Source: Bacillales bacterium UBA7642
Lineage (GTDB): Bacteria; Bacillota_I; Bacilli_A; RFN20; CAG-288
Assembly (NCBI GenBank): GCA_002483745.1
Contig: DLIM01000049.1
Span: 22,989 to 63,837 of the forward strand
Direction of reading: 5' to 3'
DNA: 40,849 bases
The notes under the pieces are model-generated. The model did not search any database and was not told where the DNA came from. It was given only the letters and a program-made list of their open reading frames with translations. A program made the translations under genes and the position numbers. Positions within the stretch are counted from its first letter, which is position 1, and every line of letters starts with the position of its first letter. Below are positions 17,161-27,417 of this stretch, piece by piece.

Positions 17161-18615
17161 ATGAAAAAGCACCGCCTTGTATCGCTTCCCTCGCTGAGGG
17201 AAGCGGCTAGACGGGATCCTAATTGCCCTATAAGCTATCTAAAGGCTGATACGAAACCAGATTCTTTTCTTGTCTCTTGGGGACAGGGAAAGATTTTTTG
17301 TATCAGGACTTACGGCTGCCAGGCTAATGTCAGGGATTCCGAAATAATCCGTGGTTTTTTACTCGCCTTAGGAATGAAGGAAACTGATTCCTTTGCTGAG
17401 GCTGATTTTATATTGTTCAATACCTGCGCTATCAGAGAGAATGCCGAAAATCATTTGTATGGTGAATTAGGTCAGGCTAAGGATGCCTATGAGCATAAGC
17501 CAGACCTAATTATCGGTATCTGTGGCTGTGTGATGCAGGAGGAAGTCCCAGTTAAGCATATTCTTGATCATTTTCCCTTTGTCAGTCTGATTTTCGGAAC
17601 TAACAATATGACTTCCTTCTATAGTCTTTTAGAGGAAGTCATCAAGAAGAATGTTCTTCTAGTGGATGTCCGCTCCGGCTCTACTGCCGTTGAGGAAGGG
17701 TTGCCGGAAAGCAAGGAAAGCCGTTTATCGAAAGTCTCCGCCTTTGTCAACATCATGTATGGCTGCGATAAATTCTGCACTTACTGTATTGTTCCTTTTA
17801 CGCGTGGCAAAGAGCGCTCTCGAAAAGTCGAGGATATTCTTTCTGAAGTTAACTGCTTAAAGCAAGAAGGTTACAAGCAAGTCACTTTGTTAGGTCAAAA
17901 CGTTGATGCCTATGGAAAAGACTTCGGAGACAAGTACGCTTTCGCTGACCTTTTAGAGAAAGTGGCTTTGACGGGTATTCCCCGTATTAGGTTTGTTACT
18001 CCTTATCCTTCAGACTTTAATACTAAGGTTTTTGATGTGATGGCTAAATACCCTAATGTCATGCCTTCTCTCCATCTTCCTGTTCAATCCGGAAGCAATG
18101 CCGTTCTTAAGAGAATGAATAGGCGTTATACTAGAGAGCAATATTTAGCAATAGCCCATGAACTAAGAGAAAGATTACCGGACGTCTATTTGACAACCGA
18201 TATCATTGTGGGATTCCCTGGAGAAACGGAAGCCGACTTTGAAGGGACCCTTTCTCTCTGTCAGGAAGTTAAGTATGATGCTGCCTATACTTTTATCTTC
18301 TCTCCTCGCCCAGGTACGCCTGCTTACTTCATGAAGGATGATACTTCTATGGCTACTAAGCATGAGCGCTTTGACCGTCTTAAAGACCTGATTGAAAAGC
18401 TTACCGCCGAAAAAGCCGATACTGCGGTCAATCAGGATGTGGAAGTCCTCTTTGAAGATGTCTCTAAGAAAGACCCCTCTATGATTACCGGCTATGATAG
18501 ACATAATAAACTAGTCCATGTCAAAGGCGATAAGTCTTTGATTGGTCAAATTAGAATGGTTCATATCCTTGAATCGCATACCTATTCTTTGATTGGTGAG
18601 GTTAAAGATGAGTGA
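17161..18615 (+). CDS. miaB: tRNA-i6A37 methylthiotransferase MiaB
   Basis: TYGCQAN, NTCAIRE, ICGC, radical SAM motif CDKFCTYC, C-terminal TRAM-like region. Confidence 0.96.
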   Translation: MKKHRLVSLPSLREAARRDPNCPISYLKADTKPDSFLVSWGQGKIFCIRTYGCQANVRDSEIIRGFLLALGMKETDSFAEADFILFNTCAIRENAENHLYGELGQAKDAYEHKPDLIIGICGCVMQEEVPVKHILDHFPFVSLIFGTNNMTSFYSLLEEVIKKNVLLVDVRSGSTAVEEGLPESKESRLSKVSAFVNIMYGCDKFCTYCIVPFTRGKERSRKVEDILSEVNCLKQEGYKQVTLLGQNVDAYGKDFGDKYAFADLLEKVALTGIPRIRFVTPYPSDFNTKVFDVMAKYPNVMPSLHLPVQSGSNAVLKRMNRRYTREQYLAIAHELRERLPDVYLTTDIIVGFPGETEADFEGTLSLCQEVKYDAAYTFIFSPRPGTPAYFMKDDTSMATKHERFDRLKDLIEKLTAEKADTAVNQDVEVLFEDVSKKDPSMITGYDRHNKLVHVKGDKSLIGQIRMVHILESHTYSLIGEVKDE

Positions 18616-18922
18616 AGAAAACGATCTGACTATAGAAGCTAAGAAGTTAGTCAGCGATTTTCAGGATACTGTTGCATATAAAAGCTATCAACAGCTTTTA
18701 AAGAGCCAAGAAAGCAACGCTAGGCTGCTAAAACTTGATAAAGACCGCAAAGACTTGCAGTCGAAGATCAAGTATTTAAGCCCGGAAAAGCAGAAAGAAG
18801 CTATTAAGCTTTGCCAAGAGCTAAATGATGAATACAATAACGACCCTCTAATTGTTAATCTTAGGCAAGCCAAAGAAGAAGTTTTGAATCTACTCTATCC
18901 CTTAAATAATACGGGGCTTTAG
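18608..18922 (+). CDS. YmcA/YlbF-family (RicA-like) protein
   Basis: Small helical protein with PLIVNLRQAKEEV in the miaB-[ymcA]-mutS position known from Bacilli; ATG at 18608 overlaps the end of miaB. Confidence 0.65.
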   Translation: MSEENDLTIEAKKLVSDFQDTVAYKSYQQLLKSQESNARLLKLDKDRKDLQSKIKYLSPEKQKEAIKLCQELNDEYNNDPLIVNLRQAKEEVLNLLYPLNNTGL

Positions 18923-18943
18923 AAGCAAGTATTGGTCGAAAAA

Positions 18944-18952
18944 TGCTATAAT
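18944..18952 (+). promoter_or_regulatory. Extended -10 promoter upstream of mutS
   Basis: TGCTATAAT about 30 nt before the start. Confidence 0.6.
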
Positions 18953-18981
18953 TTCTATATCTGTTCAAAAGAGAAAAACTG

Positions 18982-21531
18982 ATGGCAAAAAGCATAGTTA
19001 AAGATACCGAAGATAAGAATTTTACTCCGATGGTGGAGCAGTACCTGACTTTTAAGAAACAGTACGGCGATATCATCCTCTTTTTCCGTATCGGAGACTT
19101 CTATGAGATGTTCCTTCATGATGCTGAGATTGCTAGCAAAGAACTCCAGCTTTTCCTGACTAAGAAGGCTTGCGGAAACGGTCAATTTATACCGATGTGC
19201 GGTATTCCTCATCGTGCTTACCTTTCCTATGCCCAGAAGCTGATTGATCGAGGCTATAAGGTCGCCATCTGCGAACAGGTTGAAGATCCTAAGCTTACTA
19301 AGAAGCTCGTTAAAAGAGATGTCATCCAGATTATCTCACCCGGCGCCAACTTGGATCTGAACTCAACTGACAATAATTTCATTGCTTCTTTAGGAACCTA
19401 TGATTTCTTAGCCATCTTAGCCTATGCTGACTTATCAACCGGTGAAATGAAATGCCTTAATTTTGAAAACAATAAAGAGAGGATTCTTGAAGAATTGCTT
19501 TCTTTGGATATTAAGGAATTAGTCGTACCGACCAATATGGATGCGGCTTTGATTGTTTATCTTAAGCACAATTCCAATATCTGCTTATCCTACTATAACG
19601 ATGATTCTTCTTCCATTGAAACCGATAGTCTTTTTGGCAATTTGAAAGATGACAGGCAGATAGCGACTTCGGCTAGACTTTACAATTATCTGAAGAATAT
19701 GGAAAGACGAGATCTGACCTACTTTAAGCCAGTCAAGAATATGATGGGCTTAAAGACTATGAACATCGATTATTCGGCCCAGTCCAATATGGAATTGGTA
19801 AAGAGTCTTGACGGCAAATCCTTCGGTACTTTATATTGGCTTCTCAATCAGACTAAGACTCCTATGGGCTCTAGATACTTAAAGAGCCAGATTGTCGCTC
19901 CTTCTGCCAGTCAAACCGAAATCAATCGCCGTCTTAACTTAACTGATGGCTTTGTCAGACATTATATTGAAAGAGAAAACCTCAGGAATGATTTAGCTGA
20001 TGTCTTTGATATGGAAAGACTGATAGCGAGAATGGGATATGAAAACTGCAATGGTCATGACTTACTCCAGTTAAAGAAGTCTTTAGCCATTCTTCCTAAG
20101 CTCCATTTAGACTTGAAGGCGATAACTGATGTTCCTGAACTCAAAGATATTGATCAGCGCTTAGGCGATTATACCGATTTAGTTAGCCTTTTAGATAAAG
20201 CTATCTCTGAAGACTGCCCTTTAACTATCACTGATGGTGAAATCTTCAAGAGGGGTTATGACCCTAAGCTTGATGAACTGATAGATTTAACCGGTGATGC
20301 TAAGACTTGGATCACGAATTTGGAGATTCAGGAAAAGCAGAGAACCGGAATCCATAATTTAAGAGTCGGCTATAACACGGTTTTTGGCTATTTCATTGAA
20401 GTCAGTGCCGGACAGGTCAGTTTAGTTAAGCCGGAATTCGGCTATATCAGAAAACAGACTATAAAGACCGGCGAAAGATACGTTACCGCCGAGCTTAAGG
20501 AGAAAGAGGATAGAATCCTTAGAGCCTCGGAAGAGAGAAAGTCTATGGAGTATGCTCTCTTTAAGGACTTAAGGAAAAAGATATCTTCTTATACCGAAAA
20601 GATTCAAACTACCAGTGACGCTTTAGCTGAACTGGATTATTATCTTGATCTGGCCTTTGTCTCTAGCGAGAACAACTATATCCGCCCAACATTCACTAAT
20701 GATCGCAGTATCTCTGTCACTAATGCTAGACATCCAATCATTGAAAAAGCTAGCCCCAATACCGTGTTTGTCGCTAATGATTACCTGATGGACAGTAAAA
20801 CTGATGTCTTAATCATTACCGGTCCTAATATGGGTGGTAAATCCACCTATATGAAGGAATTCGGACTATTGGTAATCATGGCTCAGATTGGCTGCTTTGT
20901 TCCAGCCGACACCTGCTCTTTACCAGTCTTTGATTCTCTCTTTACTAGAATCGGTGCTAGCGACAACCTGATTAAAGGCCAGTCTACCTTTATGACCGAG
21001 ATGTCGGAAGTTGCCGAAGCTTTAGCTAAGGCTACTCCTGATAGTCTTTTCCTTTTCGATGAAATCGGTAGGGGAACGGCTACTTATGATGGTATGGCTA
21101 TTGCCCAGTCTATCATCGAATACATTGTTAAGTATGTCCATTCTAAGACGCTTTTCTCCACTCACTACCATGAAATCACTAAGCTGAGTGAGAAAATAGA
21201 AGGCGTAAAGAATATTCACTGTGAAGTCAAAGAAGATAACGGAGAAGTTACCTTCCTTTATAAGATGAAGCCAGGCAGCATGGATAAGAGTTACGGTGTC
21301 AATGTCGCCAAACTGGCTGGGCTTCCAAATGAGATCACAACTCGTGCTACTGAACTATTGACTTCTTTTGAAAGCAACAGCAAGATTCATCCTGATCAGA
21401 TCAAGGAAGTAAAGCCTGTCGAAATCCATGAAAGCGAAGTTGTTTCTGACCTTAAGAAGCTTGATCCTATGACTTTATCGCCTTTAGAGGCTTTGAATTA
21501 TTTGATAGATTTGAAGAAGAAGGCTAAGTAA
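18982..21531 (+). CDS. mutS: DNA mismatch repair protein MutS
   Basis: TPMVEQY, GDFYEMF, TGPNMGGKST, STFMTEM, DEIGRGT, THYHE. Confidence 0.99.
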   Translation: MAKSIVKDTEDKNFTPMVEQYLTFKKQYGDIILFFRIGDFYEMFLHDAEIASKELQLFLTKKACGNGQFIPMCGIPHRAYLSYAQKLIDRGYKVAICEQVEDPKLTKKLVKRDVIQIISPGANLDLNSTDNNFIASLGTYDFLAILAYADLSTGEMKCLNFENNKERILEELLSLDIKELVVPTNMDAALIVYLKHNSNICLSYYNDDSSSIETDSLFGNLKDDRQIATSARLYNYLKNMERRDLTYFKPVKNMMGLKTMNIDYSAQSNMELVKSLDGKSFGTLYWLLNQTKTPMGSRYLKSQIVAPSASQTEINRRLNLTDGFVRHYIERENLRNDLADVFDMERLIARMGYENCNGHDLLQLKKSLAILPKLHLDLKAITDVPELKDIDQRLGDYTDLVSLLDKAISEDCPLTITDGEIFKRGYDPKLDELIDLTGDAKTWITNLEIQEKQRTGIHNLRVGYNTVFGYFIEVSAGQVSLVKPEFGYIRKQTIKTGERYVTAELKEKEDRILRASEERKSMEYALFKDLRKKISSYTEKIQTTSDALAELDYYLDLAFVSSENNYIRPTFTNDRSISVTNARHPIIEKASPNTVFVANDYLMDSKTDVLIITGPNMGGKSTYMKEFGLLVIMAQIGCFVPADTCSLPVFDSLFTRIGASDNLIKGQSTFMTEMSEVAEALAKATPDSLFLFDEIGRGTATYDGMAIAQSIIEYIVKYVHSKTLFSTHYHEITKLSEKIEGVKNIHCEVKEDNGEVTFLYKMKPGSMDKSYGVNVAKLAGLPNEITTRATELLTSFESNSKIHPDQIKEVKPVEIHESEVVSDLKKLDPMTLSPLEALNYLIDLKKKAK

Positions 21532-23418
21532 ATGTCTAAAATTGCTTTAATGAAGCCGGAGTTAGCTAACTTAATAGCTGCCGGTGAAGTCATCGAAAGA
21601 CCCGCCAGTGTCATCAAGGAACTAGTTGAAAATTCTTTGGATGCCGAAGCCAAGAACATCTATGTCGGTGCCACGGATTACGGCAAAGGGGAAATCCTTG
21701 TCAAGGATGATGGCTCTGGTATGGATAGAGATGATGCCAAAGCCTGCTTTTTAAGACATGCTTCTAGCAAGATTAAGACTGAATATGATTTATCTAGAAT
21801 TAAGACTTTAGGATTTAGAGGTGAAGCTATTCCTTCAATTGCTGCTGTCAGCAAAGTTAATCTCATTACTTCAACCGGTAATGGCGCTGGGACTGAAGTC
21901 GATTCCAATCCTAATGAAGAATTGCTTGTCATGGATGCCCCGTCTAGGAAAGGTACTATCTTTAAGGTTTCTAATCTTTTCTTTAATACTCCAGCCCGTC
22001 TTAAGTATTTGAAATCCAGTCAGGTTGAGACTTATAACATTATTGAGACTGTTGAACATCTAGCCTTAGGCTTCCCTGAAGTCTCTTTTTCCTTAGCTAT
22101 TGACGGCAAAGAAATCTTCAGGACTTCCGGAAGAGGGGACTTATTAGAGACTATCCAGAAGATTTACGGAAATGAAATAGCTCAGCAGCTTTATTTTGTC
22201 AAAAAGGAAGGAGTCGCCTATTCTTTCTCCGGTTTTGTTTCTAAACCGGAACTCAGCTATTCAAAAAGATATAATCTTTTGACCTTCCTTAATAAGCGCT
22301 GCATCTATGACTATAAGATCAATAAATCCATCGAAGAGGCCTACAAGGATTATCTGCCTCCTCTACGTTATCCTTTCTGCATCATCGATTTGGATCTTGA
22401 TTACTCTTTAGTCGATGTCAATGTCCATCCCACCAAGAAAGAAGTCAGAATCTCCATGGAAGATGAGATTGCTAAAGACATCAAGGATGAAATCATTAAG
22501 ACCCTTGCTAACAAGAAACCTATCTATTCGGCCAGTGAGGATAGTAAGACCCTTAAGGACTTAGATATCGGTAGTGATTCTTCTGCCATTGATATTGAAG
22601 ATATCAAAGAAGAAGAAAAGAGTAACAGCAATGTTAGCTATCAAGATGTTAAGCCGATAAAGCGTCAAGAAGAAGACAAATATTTTCAGGATTCTTTGCC
22701 ACTTGAGCCCACCTTTGAATCCCAGACAGTCGTCAAAGATCATCCTTCTAATACTGTTACTGATAAACATGAAGCTAGCTTTTCTTCAGACGACTACTAT
22801 TCCACTATCTTCGATAAAGCCGGCTTTACGAATAAGCTTCCCGAGATGCATCCTATCGGACAGGTTCTTGAGACCTATATTGTCTGTAACTCTAATGATT
22901 GCTTCTATCTGATTGATCAGCATGCCGCTGCTGAAAGAATCAACTTTGAAAAAACCGAGGCTTTATTTAAGTCCATCCGTTCAAGGGTGGTACCTCTTTT
23001 CCCTATTACTTTAGAATTGTCCTTTAAAGAGAAAGAGAACTATGACGAAGAACATCAGGCTAGGCTTAATTCTTTAGGCATCATCACGGAGATGTTTGGC
23101 GATAAAACGATTAAAGTTACTGAGATACCCTCCTTCTTAGCCGATAAGGATGATGAGGGCATCATCCGGGATTGCGTCTCTTCCTGCCTGAATGATGAAG
23201 CTAGCGATCCTATTGATTTATTGCATCTTACGATTGCTAATATTGCCTGCAAGAAATCAATCAAGGCTAATCATTTGATGTCTATCAATGAAATAGAAGG
23301 GCTTTTAAGGGATTTAGCTAGGTGTGCTAATCCAGCTAACTGTCCTCATGGACGTCCGACTATGATTAAGATTACTAAAGATGATGTAGAGAAGATCTTC
23401 CGGAGGTCCGGTTTTTGA
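21532..23418 (+). CDS. mutL: DNA mismatch repair endonuclease MutL
   Basis: IAAGEVIERP, GFRGEA, DVNVHP, DQHAAAERINFE, ACK, CPHGRP. Confidence 0.99.
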   Translation: MSKIALMKPELANLIAAGEVIERPASVIKELVENSLDAEAKNIYVGATDYGKGEILVKDDGSGMDRDDAKACFLRHASSKIKTEYDLSRIKTLGFRGEAIPSIAAVSKVNLITSTGNGAGTEVDSNPNEELLVMDAPSRKGTIFKVSNLFFNTPARLKYLKSSQVETYNIIETVEHLALGFPEVSFSLAIDGKEIFRTSGRGDLLETIQKIYGNEIAQQLYFVKKEGVAYSFSGFVSKPELSYSKRYNLLTFLNKRCIYDYKINKSIEEAYKDYLPPLRYPFCIIDLDLDYSLVDVNVHPTKKEVRISMEDEIAKDIKDEIIKTLANKKPIYSASEDSKTLKDLDIGSDSSAIDIEDIKEEEKSNSNVSYQDVKPIKRQEEDKYFQDSLPLEPTFESQTVVKDHPSNTVTDKHEASFSSDDYYSTIFDKAGFTNKLPEMHPIGQVLETYIVCNSNDCFYLIDQHAAAERINFEKTEALFKSIRSRVVPLFPITLELSFKEKENYDEEHQARLNSLGIITEMFGDKTIKVTEIPSFLADKDDEGIIRDCVSSCLNDEASDPIDLLHLTIANIACKKSIKANHLMSINEIEGLLRDLARCANPANCPHGRPTMIKITKDDVEKIFRRSGF

Positions 23419-24980
23419 TTTATGTCATTTTAGGTCAGACGGCTAGCGGAAAAACCAGTACAGCTATCAAGCTTAGTCGGGAGCTTCAGCTTCCCATTAT
23501 TTCAGCCGATGCCTATCAATGCTTTAAGATGATGCAAATAGGGACAGATAAGCCTTCTAGAGAGGAAACGAAGGGCTTAGAGTATTACTTCTATGATGAA
23601 TATGAGCCTGATAAGGAAACCAGTGTCTACGACTTCCAAAAAGAGTGCCGCCCGATAATAGAGAAGTATCTAAATGAAGGCAAGGATGTTTTAGTGGTCG
23701 GTGGCACTTTCCTTTATATTAAAGCTCTCTTATTCAATTATGTCTTCACTGAGGAAAACAGTAAGGAAAAATCCAAATATCAGGATTGGTCTTTAGAGGC
23801 CATGCAGAAAGAGCTACTAAAGAGAAGCCCGGATACTTTTAATGAAATTGACAATAAGAACCCTAGGAGAGTAATCAGGGCTTTAGAACAGCTTGATGAA
23901 GGGACTAGCCGGAAAGAGATTCTATCCTTAAATAACGATAAGCCTCTTTATCCCTGCACTTTTTTAAGAATCGATACTGATAAGGACGAAGGCAATAAAT
24001 TCATCGATGAAAGAGTCGAGAAGATGTTTAAGGAAGGCTTTGTAGAGGAAGTCAAGAAGCTTCTAAAGGTCTATCCTGATAATCTGCATTCCTTCTTATC
24101 TATCGGCTATCAGGAAATGATTGCCGGCTTAAAGGAACATCAGGATCTCGACTCAGTCAAAGAGCTGATTAAAGTCCATACTCATCAGTTAGCTAAGAAG
24201 CAAAGAACCTTTTTAAGGAATCAGTTCAAGGATGTGGTTTCCGGCGACAAAGAGGAAATTTATCAACTTATCAAAAATAGTGTTTTATCAAAAGAAAGAA
24301 GCCGTCTTCTTTTAGCACCTAAAGTACTCAATTCCTTAGAGAATTCCTCTCTTCTTCTAGCCGGTTTAGGGGGAGTTGGCGGAGAGGCCTTATTATCTCT
24401 TACTAGGCTTGGATTTAATAAAATAGCCATCATCGATGATGACATTGTTTCACCTTCTAATTTGAACCGTCAGGCCTTATATGACTACTATGATATAGGA
24501 AAGAAAAAAGCTGTAGTCGCTTGTGAAAAAATCAAGAGAATTAATCCCTTAATCGAAGTTACCACTCTTGATAAGAGAATTGTGTCATACGCTTCACTTC
24601 CAGAGGGTAGATTCGACTTCATCATCGACTGCGTTGATGATGTCAATGCTAAGTGTCTGCTCTATGAGAAAGCCTTAAAGGATCAAAGCTATTTTGTCTC
24701 AGCTATGGGTTTAGGATTCCATATTGATTCTACTAAGGTGAGGAGAGGAAAACTCTCTTTGGCTTTTGACCCTCTAGCTAAAAGCTTCAAGGATGAACTT
24801 AAAAAAAGAGGGCACTTAGATAAGGATATTGCTAAGATAGATATAGTTTATGCCTGTGATGGCAGAATCAAAGGGAAGAGCAATAGTAAGACAATCGGTT
24901 CTTTAGCTACTGTTCCTTCTTCTGGCGGGCTTGCTATCGCCAGCCAAGTCGTTGACTTCTTAATCGAAAGGAATAAGTAA
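23415..24980 (+). CDS. miaA: Fusion of tRNA dimethylallyltransferase MiaA with a TcdA/ThiF-family (E1-like) domain
   Basis: First ~290 aa: GQTASGKT, ISADAYQ, IGTDK, VGGTFLY, NPRRVIRALE, SIGYQE, AKKQRT. Remainder: GLGGVGG, DDDIVSPSNLNRQ, IIDCVD, SAMG, DPLAK, GSLATVP. TTG start with SD GGAGG. Confidence 0.9.
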   Translation: MIYVILGQTASGKTSTAIKLSRELQLPIISADAYQCFKMMQIGTDKPSREETKGLEYYFYDEYEPDKETSVYDFQKECRPIIEKYLNEGKDVLVVGGTFLYIKALLFNYVFTEENSKEKSKYQDWSLEAMQKELLKRSPDTFNEIDNKNPRRVIRALEQLDEGTSRKEILSLNNDKPLYPCTFLRIDTDKDEGNKFIDERVEKMFKEGFVEEVKKLLKVYPDNLHSFLSIGYQEMIAGLKEHQDLDSVKELIKVHTHQLAKKQRTFLRNQFKDVVSGDKEEIYQLIKNSVLSKERSRLLLAPKVLNSLENSSLLLAGLGGVGGEALLSLTRLGFNKIAIIDDDIVSPSNLNRQALYDYYDIGKKKAVVACEKIKRINPLIEVTTLDKRIVSYASLPEGRFDFIIDCVDDVNAKCLLYEKALKDQSYFVSAMGLGFHIDSTKVRRGKLSLAFDPLAKSFKDELKKRGHLDKDIAKIDIVYACDGRIKGKSNSKTIGSLATVPSSGGLAIASQVVDFLIERNK

Positions 24981-24981
24981 A

Positions 24982-26586
24982 ATGGAAAAAGACTATGATA
25001 TTTCAAAAGTCGCTGCAGAATTAGGAATTTCTAATGATGCTCTTTATTATTACGGAAGAGATAAAGCCAAGATCGATACCTCCGCTCTTGATCCTAACCT
25101 CAAAAGAAAAGGCAAACTGATCCTTTGTACGGCTATTACTCCTACTAAAGCCGGTGAAGGAAAGACGACTACGGCGATTGGCTTAGCTGATGGCTTAAAG
25201 GCTATCGGTGAGAAGCCTTTGGTTTGCTTAAGAGAGCCTTCCTTAGGCCCAGTCTTTGGCGTTAAAGGCGGTGGCTGCGGTGGCGGAGAAGCTACTTTAT
25301 ATCCGGAAGATGATATTAATCTTCATTTTACCGGTGATATTCATGCTCTGACTAGCGCTAATAACCTTATTGCTGCCTTAATCGATAATGAACTCTATCA
25401 GAATTCACCTTTGAATGTGGATCCTGAAAGAATCATCTTCCCCCGTGCTATGGATATGAATGACCGCTCCTTAAGAGAAATTGAGACTTGCTTAGGCAAT
25501 AAAAACGGCACTCCCCATAAATCCTCCTTTGTCATCACTGCCGCTAGTGAGATGATGGCAATCTTCTGCTTAGCTAAGAATGAAGAGGATTTCCTTGACC
25601 GAGTGGAAAGCATAACCGTAGCTTACAACAAGGATGGTGATCCTATCTTTGTAAGAGACTTGGATTCCCGTGCTGCTATCAGGAAACTGATGCATATCGC
25701 TTTATATCCTAACCTGGTTCAGACAAAACACCATACTCCGGCTATTGTTCATGGCGGTCCTTTTGCTAATATCGCCCATGGCTGCAATTCCATTATTGCA
25801 ACTGACTTATCCTTAAAGCTAGCTGATTATGTTGTTACTGAAGCTGGCTTCGGATCAGATTTAGGAATGGAGAAATGTCTTGATATTGTTTCACCTTTAG
25901 GAGGATTCCATCCTTCTTTGGTGGTTATGGTTGCTACCGTTAGAGCCTTAAAGCTTCATGGCGGTATGAAGTTTGAAGACTTAAAGACTGCTAACCCTAA
26001 TGCGGTAAAGATTGGCTTAGCTAACTTAAGAAAGCATCTCGATAATGTCGACTTATACCATTTGCCGGTTCTAGTCTCTGTCAATAGATTTAAGGATGAC
26101 AGTGATGAAGAAGTCAAAGTCATCACTGATTACTTAAAGGCCAATAATTTCAAATACGCCGTCAACACATCCTATATGGATGGACCTAAGGGTGCTATGG
26201 ATTTAGCTGTTGAAGCTAAGAAGCTTGCTGATTCTGGCTATGATAAAGGCTTTAAGCCTATCATTGCTCCTTCTATGTCGGTCCAGAAGAAGATTGAGAC
26301 CATTGCTACTGAAATCTATGGTGCTGATTCAGTTGTCTATTCCGATGCCGCTAATGAGCAGATTAAGGAATACATCAACGCCGGCTATTCTTCCTTTGAT
26401 GTCTGCATCTCGAAGACTCCTAACTCCTTATCGGATAATCCTAAACTTCTGAATGTCCCTAAACATACCCTCCATGTCGAATCCTTCAGATTATTCACTG
26501 GCGCTAGATTCTTAGTGCCTCTTACTGGTTCGATTGTCACTATGCCTGGCCTTCCTAAAGTTCCGGCCAGCAAGAAAATGAAATGA
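24982..26586 (+). CDS. fhs: Formate--tetrahydrofolate ligase
   Basis: TPTKAGEGKTT, LREPSLGP, LHFTGD, HGGPFANIAHG, TEAGFG, MPGLP. Confidence 0.98.
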   Translation: MEKDYDISKVAAELGISNDALYYYGRDKAKIDTSALDPNLKRKGKLILCTAITPTKAGEGKTTTAIGLADGLKAIGEKPLVCLREPSLGPVFGVKGGGCGGGEATLYPEDDINLHFTGDIHALTSANNLIAALIDNELYQNSPLNVDPERIIFPRAMDMNDRSLREIETCLGNKNGTPHKSSFVITAASEMMAIFCLAKNEEDFLDRVESITVAYNKDGDPIFVRDLDSRAAIRKLMHIALYPNLVQTKHHTPAIVHGGPFANIAHGCNSIIATDLSLKLADYVVTEAGFGSDLGMEKCLDIVSPLGGFHPSLVVMVATVRALKLHGGMKFEDLKTANPNAVKIGLANLRKHLDNVDLYHLPVLVSVNRFKDDSDEEVKVITDYLKANNFKYAVNTSYMDGPKGAMDLAVEAKKLADSGYDKGFKPIIAPSMSVQKKIETIATEIYGADSVVYSDAANEQIKEYINAGYSSFDVCISKTPNSLSDNPKLLNVPKHTLHVESFRLFTGARFLVPLTGSIVTMPGLPKVPASKKMK

Positions 26587-27386
26587 TCATCCTCTCTGGC
26601 AAAGAAGTAAAGCCTAGCTTATTAGCTTTGGCTTGTTCTGATAGCAATCTTCCTAAACTTAGCTTCTATCTTTATTCCGATAAAGATAGTCTCCCTTCTT
26701 TCTATTACCTAAAAGGGATTAAGAAGATCCTTACTGAACTGAATATTCCTTTTACGGAAGGCTTCCTTGATAAGAACGACAAGGAAGAGAATAACCTTGC
26801 CAGATTCAAAGAAGAAGAAAAGGGCAAGTATGTCATCGTTGCTAGGCCTTTAGGAATCAGTTACGAAGATAAGTTCCTTTCTTTGATTGACCCTTCTTAT
26901 GACCCTGATATGATGACTATCATCAATAAAGGAAAACTCTATTCGGGAGATTTGAACTATCTTCCGGCCACTGCAAAAAGTGTTAAGGAGATACTGAAGT
27001 TTTTTAAACTTGATATAGCTTCTAAGAAATGCTTAGTCCTAGGAAGATCGTTAACTGTCGGGCTTCCTCTTGCTGAGCTTATCAACAAAGGAAACGGGCT
27101 TCTGGTTTTAGCTCATTCAAAAGTTTCTTCAATCATGCTTAATAAAGAGGCTAAGGAAGCCGACTTTATCTTCTTAGCTACCGGAAAGCCTTCTCTTATC
27201 AGCCGGGAGAGCTTTAATCCCCAGCAAGTAGTTATCGATTGTGGGTTCTCTAAAGGCGGCGGAGATTTAGGCTTTGTCCCAAACGATGATGAGCTTAGCT
27301 CTTATACCCCAGTTCCTGGCGGAGTAGGAGTCTTGACTTCTATCTGCCTTATCCTCAATGCACTCTTTTTAGAAAAGAATCATTAG
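26583..27386 (+). CDS. folD: Divergent FolD-family methylene-THF dehydrogenase
   Basis: PATA, GRSLTVGLP, ATGKP, IDCG, GD, TPVPGGVG; adjacent to fhs. The cyclohydrolase-site residues look altered. Confidence 0.85.
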   Translation: MIILSGKEVKPSLLALACSDSNLPKLSFYLYSDKDSLPSFYYLKGIKKILTELNIPFTEGFLDKNDKEENNLARFKEEEKGKYVIVARPLGISYEDKFLSLIDPSYDPDMMTIINKGKLYSGDLNYLPATAKSVKEILKFFKLDIASKKCLVLGRSLTVGLPLAELINKGNGLLVLAHSKVSSIMLNKEAKEADFIFLATGKPSLISRESFNPQQVVIDCGFSKGGGDLGFVPNDDELSSYTPVPGGVGVLTSICLILNALFLEKNH

Positions 27387-27390
27387 TATC

Positions 27391-27417
27391 AAAAGGGAGG
27401 CTAGTCCTCCCTTTTTT
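27391..27417 (+). terminator. Intrinsic terminator after folD
   Basis: AAAAGGGAGG-CTAGT-CCTCCCTTTTTT. Confidence 0.88.
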
